DNA of 64,000 nucleotides from Bacilli bacterium (GTDB lineage: Bacteria; Bacillota_I; Bacilli_A; RFN20; CAG-826): assembly GCA_041654095.1 (NCBI GenBank), contig JBAZED010000001.1, positions 117,632 through 181,631 on the forward strand, in the 5' to 3' direction. Every line of letters begins with the position of its first letter. Positions within the stretch are counted from its first letter, which is position 1. A program made the translations under genes and the position numbers. Under the pieces are notes generated by a model. It did not search any database. It worked only from the letters and a program-made list of their open reading frames with translations, and had not been told where the DNA came from. Positions 1-12,340 of this stretch are shown here, piece after piece.

Positions 1-220
1 ACGCATCGCATTAGCAAGTGTTGTGGAATTAGGAGTCGATGCTCAAGGCCGCATTCAGCTTCCGAGCAAATTGCTAAGCGATTACAAGATTTCGCATAGT
101 GTCATCATCGTCGGCGTCATTAATCACTTTGAAATCTGGGATGCTTCAGCTTGGAATGAATATCTCAAACAGAACGAAAAAGATTACGAAGCCAAAGCCG
201 AAAAACTTCCAGTCCAATAG
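1..220 (+). CDS. mraZ: MraZ, C-terminal part (5' end cut by window edge)
   Basis: Frame-2 ORF open from window start to TAG 218-220; ...LSDYKISHSVIIVGVINHFEIWDASAW resembles the second MraZ repeat; rsmH follows 3 nt later as in dcw clusters. Confidence 0.8.
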   Translation, partial: RIALASVVELGVDAQGRIQLPSKLLSDYKISHSVIIVGVINHFEIWDASAWNEYLKQNEKDYEAKAEKLPVQ

Positions 221-223
221 GCT

Positions 224-1165
224 ATGGAAGAACACATTCCCGTCTTAATAGACGAAGCCATCAACGCGCTGAACATCAAGCCGGATGGCACATATGTCGA
301 CCTCACCTTAGGAAGAGCGGGGCACGCCAGTCAAATTCTCGCTCGCCTCAGCCGCAAGGGCAAACTCGTCGGATTCGATCAAGACCGCCAAGCGATCGAA
401 AACTCGAAAATCGCCCTCTCCAAAATTGGTAGCAACTTCGAGACAGTTCACGAAAACTTTCGGAACTTCAAAGAAGTTCTATATACGCTCAACATTCAGA
501 AAGTTGATGGGATCTTGATGGATCTCGGCGTCTCCTCTCCGCAATTCGATGACTCAGAGCGCGGCTTCTCGTATCGCAGTAATGCCCGCCTCGACATGCG
601 AATGGATGAGCGCAGTTCATTAACGGCCTATGAGATTGTAAATTCTTATAGTCTCTCGGAATTGACGCGCATCTTTGGAGAATACGGCGAAGATAAGTAC
701 GCATATCAAATCGCCCGGAAAATCGTCGAAACGCGTTTGAACGTCCCCATTGAAACGACTCAGCAACTCGTCGACATCATCAAGTCGGCTAAGCCGATGA
801 AGGAACTGGCAAAAAAAGGACATCCCGCCAAGCAGATATTTCAAGCGTTGCGTATCGAAGTAAATGATGAATTGGGAGCCCTTGAGATCACGGTGAAGGA
901 CGCACTTAAACTCCTCAATACCGGCGGTCGGCTAGTTATTATCTCCTTCCAGTCACTTGAAGATCGCTGCGTCAAAGAAGCCTTTCGCAAAGCGACGACC
1001 GTCGAAGGGACGAGGCGAAATGTCTTCTCGCTTCCAAGAGAAGATGACTTGCCAAAATTCCGCCTCATCCATCGCAAAGTCGTAACCCCATCCCCAAGAG
1101 AGCTCGCCCGCAATCCGCGGTCGCACAGCGCCAAACTGAGAGCCATTGAAAGAGTCAAGGAGTAG
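224..1165 (+). CDS. rsmH: 16S rRNA m4C1402 methyltransferase RsmH (MraW)
   Basis: 313 aa; N-terminus MEEHIPVLIDEAINAL...DLTLGRAGHA is typical RsmH; sits between mraZ and the fts genes. Confidence 0.92.
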   Translation: MEEHIPVLIDEAINALNIKPDGTYVDLTLGRAGHASQILARLSRKGKLVGFDQDRQAIENSKIALSKIGSNFETVHENFRNFKEVLYTLNIQKVDGILMDLGVSSPQFDDSERGFSYRSNARLDMRMDERSSLTAYEIVNSYSLSELTRIFGEYGEDKYAYQIARKIVETRLNVPIETTQQLVDIIKSAKPMKELAKKGHPAKQIFQALRIEVNDELGALEITVKDALKLLNTGGRLVIISFQSLEDRCVKEAFRKATTVEGTRRNVFSLPREDDLPKFRLIHRKVVTPSPRELARNPRSHSAKLRAIERVKE

Positions 1166-1167
1166 AG

Positions 1168-1350
1168 ATGAAAGATAAACTTGTGAAATTCAATCGCAAA
1201 GCCCCTTATTACCGCATTAAGCGCGTTTTAATCGCCTTTTCGCTCTTGGCTCTCGTCACCGTCGCCATCTCCATTCCTCTCAGCCTCAAAATCGCTGCGA
1301 GTCAAGCTGAAGCCAATCAAGCCGAAGTCAGCGAAGTCGTCGACAAATAA
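1168..1350 (+). CDS. FtsL-like small bitopic division protein (60 aa)
   Basis: GGAG RBS overlapping rsmH stop; single TM helix (LIAFSLLALVTVAISIPL) then a short polar tail; the position between rsmH and ftsA is typical of ftsL. Confidence 0.5.
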   Translation: MKDKLVKFNRKAPYYRIKRVLIAFSLLALVTVAISIPLSLKIAASQAEANQAEVSEVVDK

Positions 1351-1386
1351 AAACGGTCATCATGGACGGACCTCCCTCCATCCGAG

Positions 1387-1414
1387 CTGCATCAACCGAT
1401 GCGGCTTTTTTATT
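1387..1414 (+). terminator. rho-independent terminator
   Basis: gctgcatc-aacc-gatgcggc stem (8 bp with one G.U) followed by TTTTTTATT. Confidence 0.6.
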
Positions 1415-1454
1415 ACACTAGTATTTTTCTAGGACTAATTTGTGCAAATTGCCT

Positions 1455-1483
1455 TTGCTACATTCAACCTTTATATATATAAT
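1455..1483 (+). promoter_or_regulatory. sigma-A-like promoter for ftsA-ftsZ
   Basis: TTGCTA - 17 nt - TATAAT, just upstream of the ATG at 1508. Confidence 0.45.
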
Positions 1484-1507
1484 ATAATTCAGAATAAATG
1501 CTCTAAC

Positions 1508-2725
1508 ATGGAAAAGCCAATTGCCGCTTTAGAAATATCATCAGCCGAGATTAAGTTAGTCGTCGGCTATGAACTCGATGGGCAGCCCGTTGTGCTTTAC
1601 GCTATGCGTAAGCCCATCGACGCTTTTGTCGAACGCGGTCAAATTGTCAATCTGATCGGCTTGATCGAAGCCCTTAAAGACATCAAGGAAATCAAGGATT
1701 CGACGGCCAAATTGAAACTGACGATTTCCGAAGCTATCTTGTTATTGCCACCTCTCGGACTAGAAGTGTATCAAAGTGACAAAACGACAAATGTCGTCTC
1801 TCCGACCGGAACCGTCGAGGCCATCGATATTTCCAACGTCGTGTCGCTGGTGCGCAAGGAAGTCGTTCCACACGGCGGTCAAATCGTCGATATCATCCCC
1901 GATGCTTTTGAACTCGACAATGGTCGCCAGTTCGCCAATCAACCGATCGGCGAGAAATCCAATTCGCTCTCCATCTCCGCGAAGATTCACGCCTTGCCCT
2001 TTACAGTTGTCGAAAACTTTAGACGGGCTTTTAAAGAAGCTGACATCACGATTAAACGCGTGCTCGTCGGTCCTCATGCGGCGAGCTATCTCTATGCCCA
2101 AGATCCCGGCCTGCCCACTTCATATCTATTCCTTGATATGGGAGCCGAAGTGACGACCATCAGTTTGATCGGCAATGGCGCGCTCTTCGCCTCGATCTAT
2201 TTCGAAAAAGGCGGAAAAGACTTGACCAGCGCGATCGTTCGCGATTTCAATATTCCCTTCGACGAGGCCGAAAAACTGAAGCGCCGCTACGGCATCGACC
2301 ATCGCCTTATGTCCTTTTATCCGACCATCGCCACCAGCGTCGATATGGAAGGGCAAGAACATCAGTATATGATCAGCGATTTGAACCAGATCATTGAAAC
2401 TTTTATCGCCGATTATCTCGTCTCGCTCAAACAGGCGATCAATTCGTTGATGACCGGTTATGATCGCAAGTATTTGCGCATTCCGCTTTTATTAAGCGGC
2501 GGATTGGCGCGCCTCAACGGTTTACCGGAAATGTTGATCGAAGCCTTCCCGGACAATAAAATCCATTTTGCGATTCCGAAAGCTATCGGCGCCCGCCATC
2601 AGACGTACGCCAATGCGCTTGGGGCCATCTTGGCCAATAATCGCTACCATAGTTATCTTGAGGAAGACCGCCCCGTCGTCACGACGTTGACGCGCGGTGG
2701 CAAAGAACCTAAGGAACGGAAATAG
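1508..2725 (+). CDS. ftsA: Cell division protein FtsA
   Basis: Actin-fold ATPase; MEKPIAALEISSAEIKLVVGYE... N-terminus; lies upstream of ftsZ. I prefer the ATG at 1508 over the GTG at 1442 because the promoter lies between them. Confidence 0.88.
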   Translation: MEKPIAALEISSAEIKLVVGYELDGQPVVLYAMRKPIDAFVERGQIVNLIGLIEALKDIKEIKDSTAKLKLTISEAILLLPPLGLEVYQSDKTTNVVSPTGTVEAIDISNVVSLVRKEVVPHGGQIVDIIPDAFELDNGRQFANQPIGEKSNSLSISAKIHALPFTVVENFRRAFKEADITIKRVLVGPHAASYLYAQDPGLPTSYLFLDMGAEVTTISLIGNGALFASIYFEKGGKDLTSAIVRDFNIPFDEAEKLKRRYGIDHRLMSFYPTIATSVDMEGQEHQYMISDLNQIIETFIADYLVSLKQAINSLMTGYDRKYLRIPLLLSGGLARLNGLPEMLIEAFPDNKIHFAIPKAIGARHQTYANALGAILANNRYHSYLEEDRPVVTTLTRGGKEPKERK

Positions 2726-2736
2726 GGGGATATCTT

Positions 2737-3879
2737 ATGCAAGGATCTGATCTAGACAATTTCGAACCGATCGCCCGCATCGTCGTCATCGGCGTCGGCG
2801 GAGCCGGAAATAATGCTGTCAATCGCATGATTGATGAGGATTTAGGAGCCGTCGAATTTTACGTCGCCAATACCGATCGTCAAACGCTGGCGACATCAAA
2901 GTCGCGCAATCGCATCGTCCTCGGACCGTCCGTCACGGGCGGATTAGGCGCTGGCGGAGAGCCGAGCGTCGGTCGCGAAGCGGCCACAGCTTCCATCGAA
3001 GATATCCGCAAAGTCGTCAAAGGGGCCAACATGGTCTTCATCGCCGCCGGCATGGGCGGAGGAACGGGCACAGGAGCGGCTCCGATCGTCGCGCAAGTGG
3101 CACGCGAAGAAGGCGCCTTGACCGTCGCCATCGTCACGCGTCCCTTCACATTCGAAGGCAAGAGGCGCATCGCCAATTCCGTCGAAGGATTAAATGAACT
3201 CAAAGATGCGGTTGACGCCATCATCATCGTGTCCAATGATAAATTGCTGATGGTCAGCGGTACCCAGCCGATTTCCGAAGCTTTTGCCGAGTCGGACCGC
3301 GTCTTGGCGCAGTCGGTCAAGACCGTCACCGATTTGATTTTAATGCCGGCCGTCATCAACCTCGATTTCGCCGATGTCCGCAATACCTTGAAGGATTCCG
3401 GCATATCGCTGATCGGCTTTGGCTTAGGTCAAGGACCTAACAGAGCCCAAGAAGCCGCTCAAAATGCCATTAACTCGCCCCTTTTGGAAGCGAGCATCAA
3501 CGGCGCGAGACGGGCGATTTGCTCCGTCACTTGCGGGCCGAGCGTGAGCTTGTACGAAGCCCAAGAAGCCGTCGATTTGGTCATCGAAGCTGCGGGCAAT
3601 AACATCGACGTCAAATTCGGCGTCGCCATCAACAATCAATTGAGCGATCAGATTCTCGTCAGCGTCATCGCCAGCGATTTCACCGAGGAATTCGATTTCA
3701 CCAGCGTCCCCAACTATTCTCAGCAGCTGCGCTTTCAACGGCCGGATGCTGAAAAGAATAACGACGATGGCGAACCCAAACAAGCCAAAGAAGAAAGGGA
3801 AGAAGAAGTCGAGTCCAACGATCTCTCGAGCGAAGATTCGATCTTGCCGAGCTTCTTAAAAAACAAGCACATTGACTAA
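2737..3879 (+). CDS. ftsZ: Cell division GTPase FtsZ
   Basis: GGGTGTG tubulin signature (VIGVGGAGNNAVNRM, AAGMGGGTGTGAAP); acidic C-terminal tail; RBS GGGGGA. Confidence 0.95.
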   Translation: MQGSDLDNFEPIARIVVIGVGGAGNNAVNRMIDEDLGAVEFYVANTDRQTLATSKSRNRIVLGPSVTGGLGAGGEPSVGREAATASIEDIRKVVKGANMVFIAAGMGGGTGTGAAPIVAQVAREEGALTVAIVTRPFTFEGKRRIANSVEGLNELKDAVDAIIIVSNDKLLMVSGTQPISEAFAESDRVLAQSVKTVTDLILMPAVINLDFADVRNTLKDSGISLIGFGLGQGPNRAQEAAQNAINSPLLEASINGARRAICSVTCGPSVSLYEAQEAVDLVIEAAGNNIDVKFGVAINNQLSDQILVSVIASDFTEEFDFTSVPNYSQQLRFQRPDAEKNNDDGEPKQAKEEREEEVESNDLSSEDSILPSFLKNKHID

Positions 3880-5608
3880 AATTACCAATAGATTAAGTCT
3901 TCGAAAAGCTCTTATTTTTACGTTGGGTTTTTTCGTCCTATTAACATCTTGCGACGGTGGCAATTCGAGCGACACATCGTCATCTTCATCGGGTAATTCG
4001 GCATCGTCTTCCGGTCCGGATATCGAATATCAAGATTACTATAGCGATTATTATGATTCTATTGAATCATGGACAGATGGTGATAATCTTCGCGAACAGC
4101 TGCGAACTCTAGTTAACTACAATGTTAATCTAGTTGACTTTAATGCTAGTTCTAACATTTGGGCCGTCAACCAGCTCGCCGACGAAACCATCGATAATTA
4201 CGATCGCATCGATATCGTCTATGGAAATTATCAGCCTTTAAAAACGTTCACGGCGAGCGGTTCAAACGGCGGCTGGCAGCGCGAACATGCTTTTGCGCAA
4301 TCGCTTGGTGATTTCGATGTAGCGAGCGCCAGCAGAAATGCAAATGAAAGCTTGATCATGAGAAGCGATTTTCATAATCTGTTCGCCTCCGATGGCACTT
4401 TGAATGGTTCCCGAAACAATCTGAATCTCGGCGATGTCACTTCCGAGATGGGAGCGATCAGCAACCCCAAAGATTCGTTTGGAAACGAAACGGAATGCTA
4501 TCGAACCGATTTCGTTTTTGAGCCGCCGGATAAGGATAAACCGATGTTATCTCGCGCCATATTCTATATCGCGACCCGCTTTGCCGATCTCGATGTCGTC
4601 GAAGGAATATCCGCCGTCAGAAGCAAAACCCATGGTATGTTGAGCGACTTGTTGGAATGGTCGGAAAGCCCTGTCACCAGGCGCGAATACAAGCATAATA
4701 TCGGGGTTTATCATTTTCAGAACAATCGGAATCCGTATATCGACTATCCCGAACTCGTCGACTATGTTTTCGGAGATAAAAAAGATGAAGCTGGCGTTTT
4801 AAAAACATTAAGACCATCATATTATGATGTGGTTCTCGCCGGCGGCGAAGAAAACGCTGGCGACACGCATAATTTGACGATAAGAAATGTCAAATCCAAT
4901 TATATGGTAGGCGACCCGTTTTCAAAAGCTGACGATTTAAAAGTCTTTACGGTAGCCAACGATTTAACATTAAGCGATAATTTAGGAATAACCGCTTTTG
5001 AAACGACATATGCTGATTTTTACCATTTTGTTGATGGCGATCTCGGTAAGAAAACGGTATCCGTATCACATCAATCTTTCAATGTCTCTTATGAGATCGA
5101 AATCATCTCAAGCGCATCATCTTTAGCACTCTACAAGTATATATTGACCGCCGACGATGCATTCAAGGACAAAACAGCGCAGAGCACGCCTTATTCGATC
5201 ACTTTAGGCGGTTTGGCTTTTGACTTTTACATGAAGAGCGGATATGCATCGCAATTTCAAGCATCTGCCGGAACCGGTCGGCAGTTCGGAACAAAAGATT
5301 ATCCGATCGACAATATGTATCTCGAGACCAGCTCGCCGTTTAATGTCGATGATAAAACGCGAGTCAATGCCGTTTATATCGTCGCTTCGACGAACAAAAA
5401 CCCAGGGGCATCCCCAGCTATTAATGTGAGCATCGGCGAGTATTCTTTCCCGCAAAGAGCGCTGATCATCGGTCCGAGCGGAACGAATACGCTCTATAGC
5501 TTTGAAGTTCCAGAAGAAGGATCATACGAAGGAAAGGTGCGAATCGCCTTTAGCGGCTTCACCGATGGAGCGTTATATATCAAACAGTTTGCAATCAATG
5601 CCGTTTAG
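3872..5608 (+). CDS. Surface lipoprotein with Endonuclease-I (EndA/Vvn) family nuclease domain
   Basis: Lipobox LLTSC plus Ser-rich linker; motifs WQREHAFAQS and DFHNLFASDGTLNGSRNN match Endonuclease_1 catalytic motifs; its start overlaps the ftsZ stop by 8 nt. Confidence 0.72.
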   Translation: MTKITNRLSLRKALIFTLGFFVLLTSCDGGNSSDTSSSSSGNSASSSGPDIEYQDYYSDYYDSIESWTDGDNLREQLRTLVNYNVNLVDFNASSNIWAVNQLADETIDNYDRIDIVYGNYQPLKTFTASGSNGGWQREHAFAQSLGDFDVASASRNANESLIMRSDFHNLFASDGTLNGSRNNLNLGDVTSEMGAISNPKDSFGNETECYRTDFVFEPPDKDKPMLSRAIFYIATRFADLDVVEGISAVRSKTHGMLSDLLEWSESPVTRREYKHNIGVYHFQNNRNPYIDYPELVDYVFGDKKDEAGVLKTLRPSYYDVVLAGGEENAGDTHNLTIRNVKSNYMVGDPFSKADDLKVFTVANDLTLSDNLGITAFETTYADFYHFVDGDLGKKTVSVSHQSFNVSYEIEIISSASSLALYKYILTADDAFKDKTAQSTPYSITLGGLAFDFYMKSGYASQFQASAGTGRQFGTKDYPIDNMYLETSSPFNVDDKTRVNAVYIVASTNKNPGASPAINVSIGEYSFPQRALIIGPSGTNTLYSFEVPEEGSYEGKVRIAFSGFTDGALYIKQFAINAV

Positions 5609-5624
5609 TGCGTATTATAATATA

Positions 5625-5836
5625 ATAAAGCGTTGACGAAGACACGCCTTTGACGATTTAGCGAGATAACGAGGGTGCGAGGTTATCAAAAGTCGGAGGT
5701 ATCACTTCTGAGCGAGACCTGAAAAGAGTAGGGAATCCGTCCATCCGGCGTTAAGGAAATGAAGGGTCGTGCAGAAGTGCATGAAACTAAGGTGGTACCG
5801 CGCATTTGCGTCCTTAGAGAGGACGCTTTTATTTTG
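5625..5836 (+). promoter_or_regulatory. T-box riboswitch leader of ileS
   Basis: T-box sequence AAACUAAGGUGGUACCGCG at 5784-5803 overlapping the terminator stem gcgtcct/aggacgc (5808-5826) plus UUUUAUUUU; candidate promoter TTGCAA..TATTAT/TATAAT at 5589-5626. Confidence 0.8.
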
Positions 5837-5851
5837 CGAAGAGGAGCGATT

Positions 5852-8583
<2,732 letters not shown>

Positions 8584-8584
<1 letters not shown>

Positions 8585-9231
8585 TGAAATGGAAACCGAT
8601 AGCGTATTTTAAAGGCAAGAGCTTAAAAGAGATAGCTAAGGATTTCTTTTTCTCGTTCTTGTGGCTGCTTGTCGTTATTTTTGTCATTGATCTCGTCACG
8701 AAATGGGTTGTCGTCGCCAATTTGCACGAATATCAAGACGTCGTCGTCATCGACAGCTTCTTCTATCTGCGCCTCTCTTTTAACCAGGGAGCGGCCTTTG
8801 GCCTCGGCGATACCGGCGATGTCGAGTGGCGTATTTTGTTCATCGCCGTCTCGCTCGTCATCGGGACGGGCATGCTCATCTACTACATCAAAAAATATGC
8901 GTCGTTGAATATCATCATGAAAATCGCTCTGATCATGATGATCGCCGGCGCGTATGGCAATCTAATCGATCGCGCCTTCTATTGGCCTTCGACGGTCGGC
9001 TTCAGCGGCGTCATCGACTTCCTGTCGTTTGAATTCTGGGGCCGTCGCTTTGCGACGTTTAACGTCGCGGATATGTCGCTCGTCGTCGGCGTCATCGTCA
9101 TGCTCGCCGCCATTGTCGTCGACGACCTAAGACACGCCAAGAAGAAGAGCAAAGAAGACCTCTCGAGACCAGCGCCGGAATACCTCGCGGAAAAAGAAAT
9201 GAAAAATGGAAGCAAAGACGATCAATCATAA
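8584..9231 (+). CDS. lspA: Lipoprotein signal peptidase II
   Basis: ATG overlaps the ileS TGA; motifs NQGAAFG and FNVADMS; four TM segments; conserved ileS-lspA linkage. Confidence 0.9.
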
Positions 9232-10117
9232 GGTCACGACCCAAGTCGGTATGCGGCTCGACAAAGCCCTTGTCGATCTTTTCAAAGATCTCTCGCGGAA
9301 CCACATTCAAAAGCTGATTGAAGACGGTTGCGTTTTCGTCAACGACAAAGCGGTGAAGACGAGCTATCGCCTCCAAACCGGCGACGTCATCAACATCGTC
9401 AAAAGAGAAGATGCCCCTTCTGATCTGACACCCGAATACATCCCCCTCGATATCGTCTTTGAAGATGACGACATTATCGTCATCAATAAACCGCGCGGTT
9501 TGGTCGTCCATCCCGGAGCGGGCAACAAAAATTTAACTTTGGCGAACGCCTTGATGTTTTACACCAAGCACTTGAGCACGATCAACGGCGAATTTCGCCC
9601 AGGCATCGTCCATCGCATCGATAAAGACACCTCCGGATTGTTGGTCGTCGCCAAAAACGATAATGCCCATAACGCCTTGTCCGCCCAGCTCAAAAGCCAC
9701 GCGATGAGCCGCAAGTATTACGCCCTCGTCCACGGTGTCATCTTCGAGGATGAAGGCAAGATCATCGCCCCTTTAGGCCGCGACCATCACCATCGCTTAA
9801 AGATGGCCGTCGATCTGCGCGATGGTAAAGAAGCCATCACTCATTTCCGCGTTCTCGAGCGCTTTTCGAAAGCCACGCTCGTCGAGTGCCGTTTGGAAAC
9901 CGGTCGAACCCATCAAATCCGCGTCCATTTCGAGTATATTCACCATCCGGTGGTCGGCGATCCTCTCTACGGTAAGAAGAGCGATGACATTTTCCGCGGC
10001 GGGCAGCTTTTGCACGCTAAAGAACTGGCGCTCATCCATCCGCGGAGCGGCGAAGCAAAGTCCTTTACCTGCCCGCTGCCTCGCTATTTTGAAGAAGCGT
10101 TATCGAGTCTGAGATAA
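9206..10117 (+). CDS. rluD: 23S rRNA pseudouridine synthase RluD/YlyB family
   Basis: S4 domain followed by the RluA catalytic motif HRIDKDTSGLLVVAK; conserved lspA-rluD linkage. Confidence 0.9.
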   Translation: MEAKTINHKVTTQVGMRLDKALVDLFKDLSRNHIQKLIEDGCVFVNDKAVKTSYRLQTGDVINIVKREDAPSDLTPEYIPLDIVFEDDDIIVINKPRGLVVHPGAGNKNLTLANALMFYTKHLSTINGEFRPGIVHRIDKDTSGLLVVAKNDNAHNALSAQLKSHAMSRKYYALVHGVIFEDEGKIIAPLGRDHHHRLKMAVDLRDGKEAITHFRVLERFSKATLVECRLETGRTHQIRVHFEYIHHPVVGDPLYGKKSDDIFRGGQLLHAKELALIHPRSGEAKSFTCPLPRYFEEALSSLR

Positions 10118-10134
10118 TTGGAGTTTATATTTAA

Positions 10135-10166
10135 TATAAAAAATGGGCCGAAACCCATTTTTTTGT
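10135..10166. terminator. bidirectional rho-independent terminator (rluD / minus-strand lipoprotein gene)
   Basis: AAAAAATGGGccgaaaCCCATTTTTTT: an A-run and a T-run flank a 5-6 bp GC stem. Confidence 0.7.
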
Positions 10167-10179
10167 TATTGATTGGTGA

Positions 10180-12249
10180 CTAGCCGTTGAATTCGACAAG
10201 GCCGAAGACCATGCCCATAAAGCCAGTGCCTGATCCGATGTTGTAGTATACATTCATATAATCGCCGGTAAAATAATTAGCAGGAGCCCCGGGTTCATAT
10301 TTTGTTGCAATAGGAACCCCGCCTACACTAATGAGCCCTTGAGGATTAGGATTCAATAGTGCTGCTGGGCCATCTGACGATTGAAAGCGGGCGTATTCGG
10401 GGCCAAAGCCACTTGCTGAGGTCATAAATGCACCCTTGAAATCAAGAGCCACATTTTCATCGATTTGAATTTTTCCGTTAACCTTAGCAGATGTCGGTTC
10501 CGCGACACCTCCGTCTTTGATGAGACCGATCATGTTGAAATGGGCGATGGGATCAGGCTTTCCGGTGACGGTGATCATCTTCACAATTGATTTTGACCCA
10601 TAATATGGCAACAACTGTGTTCCAAGGGCAACCAACTGCGCGGCAGCACCTGTGGCGCTGACGAGCCTAAACCAGTTCTCGTCACCGGTGACATATGATT
10701 CTAATAATGAATTTTGGACAAGCGTTTGAGGTTGGTATCCGCCCTCTCCTGTCACTTCATCTGCATAGACGTGATCAGAGATGAGAACCGGACCACCTGC
10801 GCCGATAAATTCACAATCCTTAATGAGCAAGTTGGTAGTACCAAAGTTGTAAAGCATGCTGCTGAACGAGTCGTAACCGCGCGTTTTTTCGATCGTGGCA
10901 TTCGGACCGGAGAATTCAGTCAGGAAAATGGTGAAGCACTGTGTGGCGATGACATTATAAACAAGGGAGTCGACACTCAACGTCTTCGAAAAGATGGCAC
11001 CTCCTGATTTCACAGCTTCTTCGGTGCGGTTGGCATTGCCGACGACCGAGAGATTTTTCAGCTCGTAATCGCCTAAATCGTCACCGGTTTGGGCATTGCC
11101 AGCCTTGATGACTGTAGCGTGCGAAATGACTTTTCCCTCTTCTGTAGGACTCTCGACAGAATCCTTAGCTTCGCGAACGACAACAGGTAGCGATGAATAA
11201 TCAAGGTTGAAGTAATTGCCATTGATTACAAAATCTTCGCTAGGAAGAATATCTCGGTAATATACGCCGACGTCATCGCGTAGCGAACCGATGATGCGCG
11301 GGTAGTCGGCACCGTCAGTTGGGGCATCGCTGTCGCCTTCCATGTAGAAGAAACCATCCGGCAATTTGTCGCGTTCGATTTTGATGTCATTGTGGAAGAA
11401 GAGGCCGTCGATGTCGACTTGAGTAATGCCTTTGGCTGTGCGATAGCTATTCCATATATTGACATTGATGTTATCGAAATGGGACAAGTCATCTTGCTTG
11501 TAGACGTTATATCCATTCGCAATCGTAAATATAAAAGAAGTCTCAAATTTGGGTGCCGTTGCGTATTCATCGCCGGCCGGCCGGACGCTCAAACTGTAAG
11601 TCTTGCCGATCGCTGCTTCGGCGAAGTCGTAACTCGATGCGAATTCGTCGATGGCGACGGCAGCGTCGAGTTCAGCACCGGTCAAAGTGACCCATTCGTC
11701 CCCGCGTTTTTCCTTGACGACAGAACTGCTGTGATAAGCGGTGACATTCATCTCCTCACCTTCGGAGTCATAAGCGTAGATAGTCGGGAAGAAGATGAAG
11801 GGATTATCGTCGCCGACGAAGTAGCCTTGTTTGAGATCCTTAAACTCATTGCGCTTGTTCTCGGCACTTTTAGTGGCGATATTGGCTGTGTAGTTGGTGA
11901 CGAACTCAGGCGCGCCGATATTGGTGATCTCATCATATTGGACTATGGTGTAAGTCCAGACGATGCTCTCCGTCTCATAGGCGACGGTGATATCAAATTC
12001 GCCCAATTCGGAAGTATTGAGGGTAGTCGGCGTAAAAGTCAAATTCGCACCATTAATCGTTATCGTCTTATTCTCAAAAGTCGCGGTGACGCTGACTTCA
12101 TTGAGGTCGACGACGGTGTATTGAACGTATTCTTCTTGAAGTCCAGAGGCGACTTCGATGTCGAGCAAGTCGCCATATTCCTCGACGACCGGATCACATC
12201 CGGCGAGAGACATCATAACGAGCGGTAGAAATAGTAAACTCTTTTTCAT
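10180..12249 (-). CDS. Large surface lipoprotein (689 aa); possible Ig-like N-domain plus beta-helix-like body
   Basis: Lipobox LAGC|D; Asn/Thr/Gly-rich with repetitive beta-strand-like segments; last gene of the minus-strand ABC cluster; fold assignment is inference. Confidence 0.65.
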   Translation of the reverse strand: MKKSLLFLPLVMMSLAGCDPVVEEYGDLLDIEVASGLQEEYVQYTVVDLNEVSVTATFENKTITINGANLTFTPTTLNTSELGEFDITVAYETESIVWTYTIVQYDEITNIGAPEFVTNYTANIATKSAENKRNEFKDLKQGYFVGDDNPFIFFPTIYAYDSEGEEMNVTAYHSSSVVKEKRGDEWVTLTGAELDAAVAIDEFASSYDFAEAAIGKTYSLSVRPAGDEYATAPKFETSFIFTIANGYNVYKQDDLSHFDNINVNIWNSYRTAKGITQVDIDGLFFHNDIKIERDKLPDGFFYMEGDSDAPTDGADYPRIIGSLRDDVGVYYRDILPSEDFVINGNYFNLDYSSLPVVVREAKDSVESPTEEGKVISHATVIKAGNAQTGDDLGDYELKNLSVVGNANRTEEAVKSGGAIFSKTLSVDSLVYNVIATQCFTIFLTEFSGPNATIEKTRGYDSFSSMLYNFGTTNLLIKDCEFIGAGGPVLISDHVYADEVTGEGGYQPQTLVQNSLLESYVTGDENWFRLVSATGAAAQLVALGTQLLPYYGSKSIVKMITVTGKPDPIAHFNMIGLIKDGGVAEPTSAKVNGKIQIDENVALDFKGAFMTSASGFGPEYARFQSSDGPAALLNPNPQGLISVGGVPIATKYEPGAPANYFTGDYMNVYYNIGSGTGFMGMVFGLVEFNG

Positions 12250-12340
12250 GGTTTTTATCCTTTCGCGATAATTTTCCCCGTGAATATTTCAGTGCTTTGA
12301 AACGCACCGGAAATCATTGTATCACTTTGCAAAACAAAGA

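Noticed and set aside
489-1158. Several 70-105-aa minus-strand ORFs inside rsmH, and many similar antisense ORFs inside ileS, the ABC genes, lon, valS, secDF, recJ and others
   Set aside because: They are embedded antisense in well-supported conserved genes, lack RBS, have Arg/Ser-rich low-complexity translations typical of GC3-biased antisense frames, and none has a recognisable motif.
1442-1507. GTG start at 1442 giving a 22-aa N-terminal extension to FtsA
   Set aside because: A TTGCTA-17-TATAAT promoter lies inside the extension, and the conserved FtsA N-terminus begins at MEK (1508).
5759-5851. Upstream in-frame start extending ileS by 31 codons
   Set aside because: The extension covers the T-box/terminator, and a GAGGAG RBS precedes the ATG at 5852. 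The same logic was applied to lspA (8488 vs 8584), rpmA (36379 vs 36412), aspS (51610 vs 51682) and xer (61373 vs 61400).
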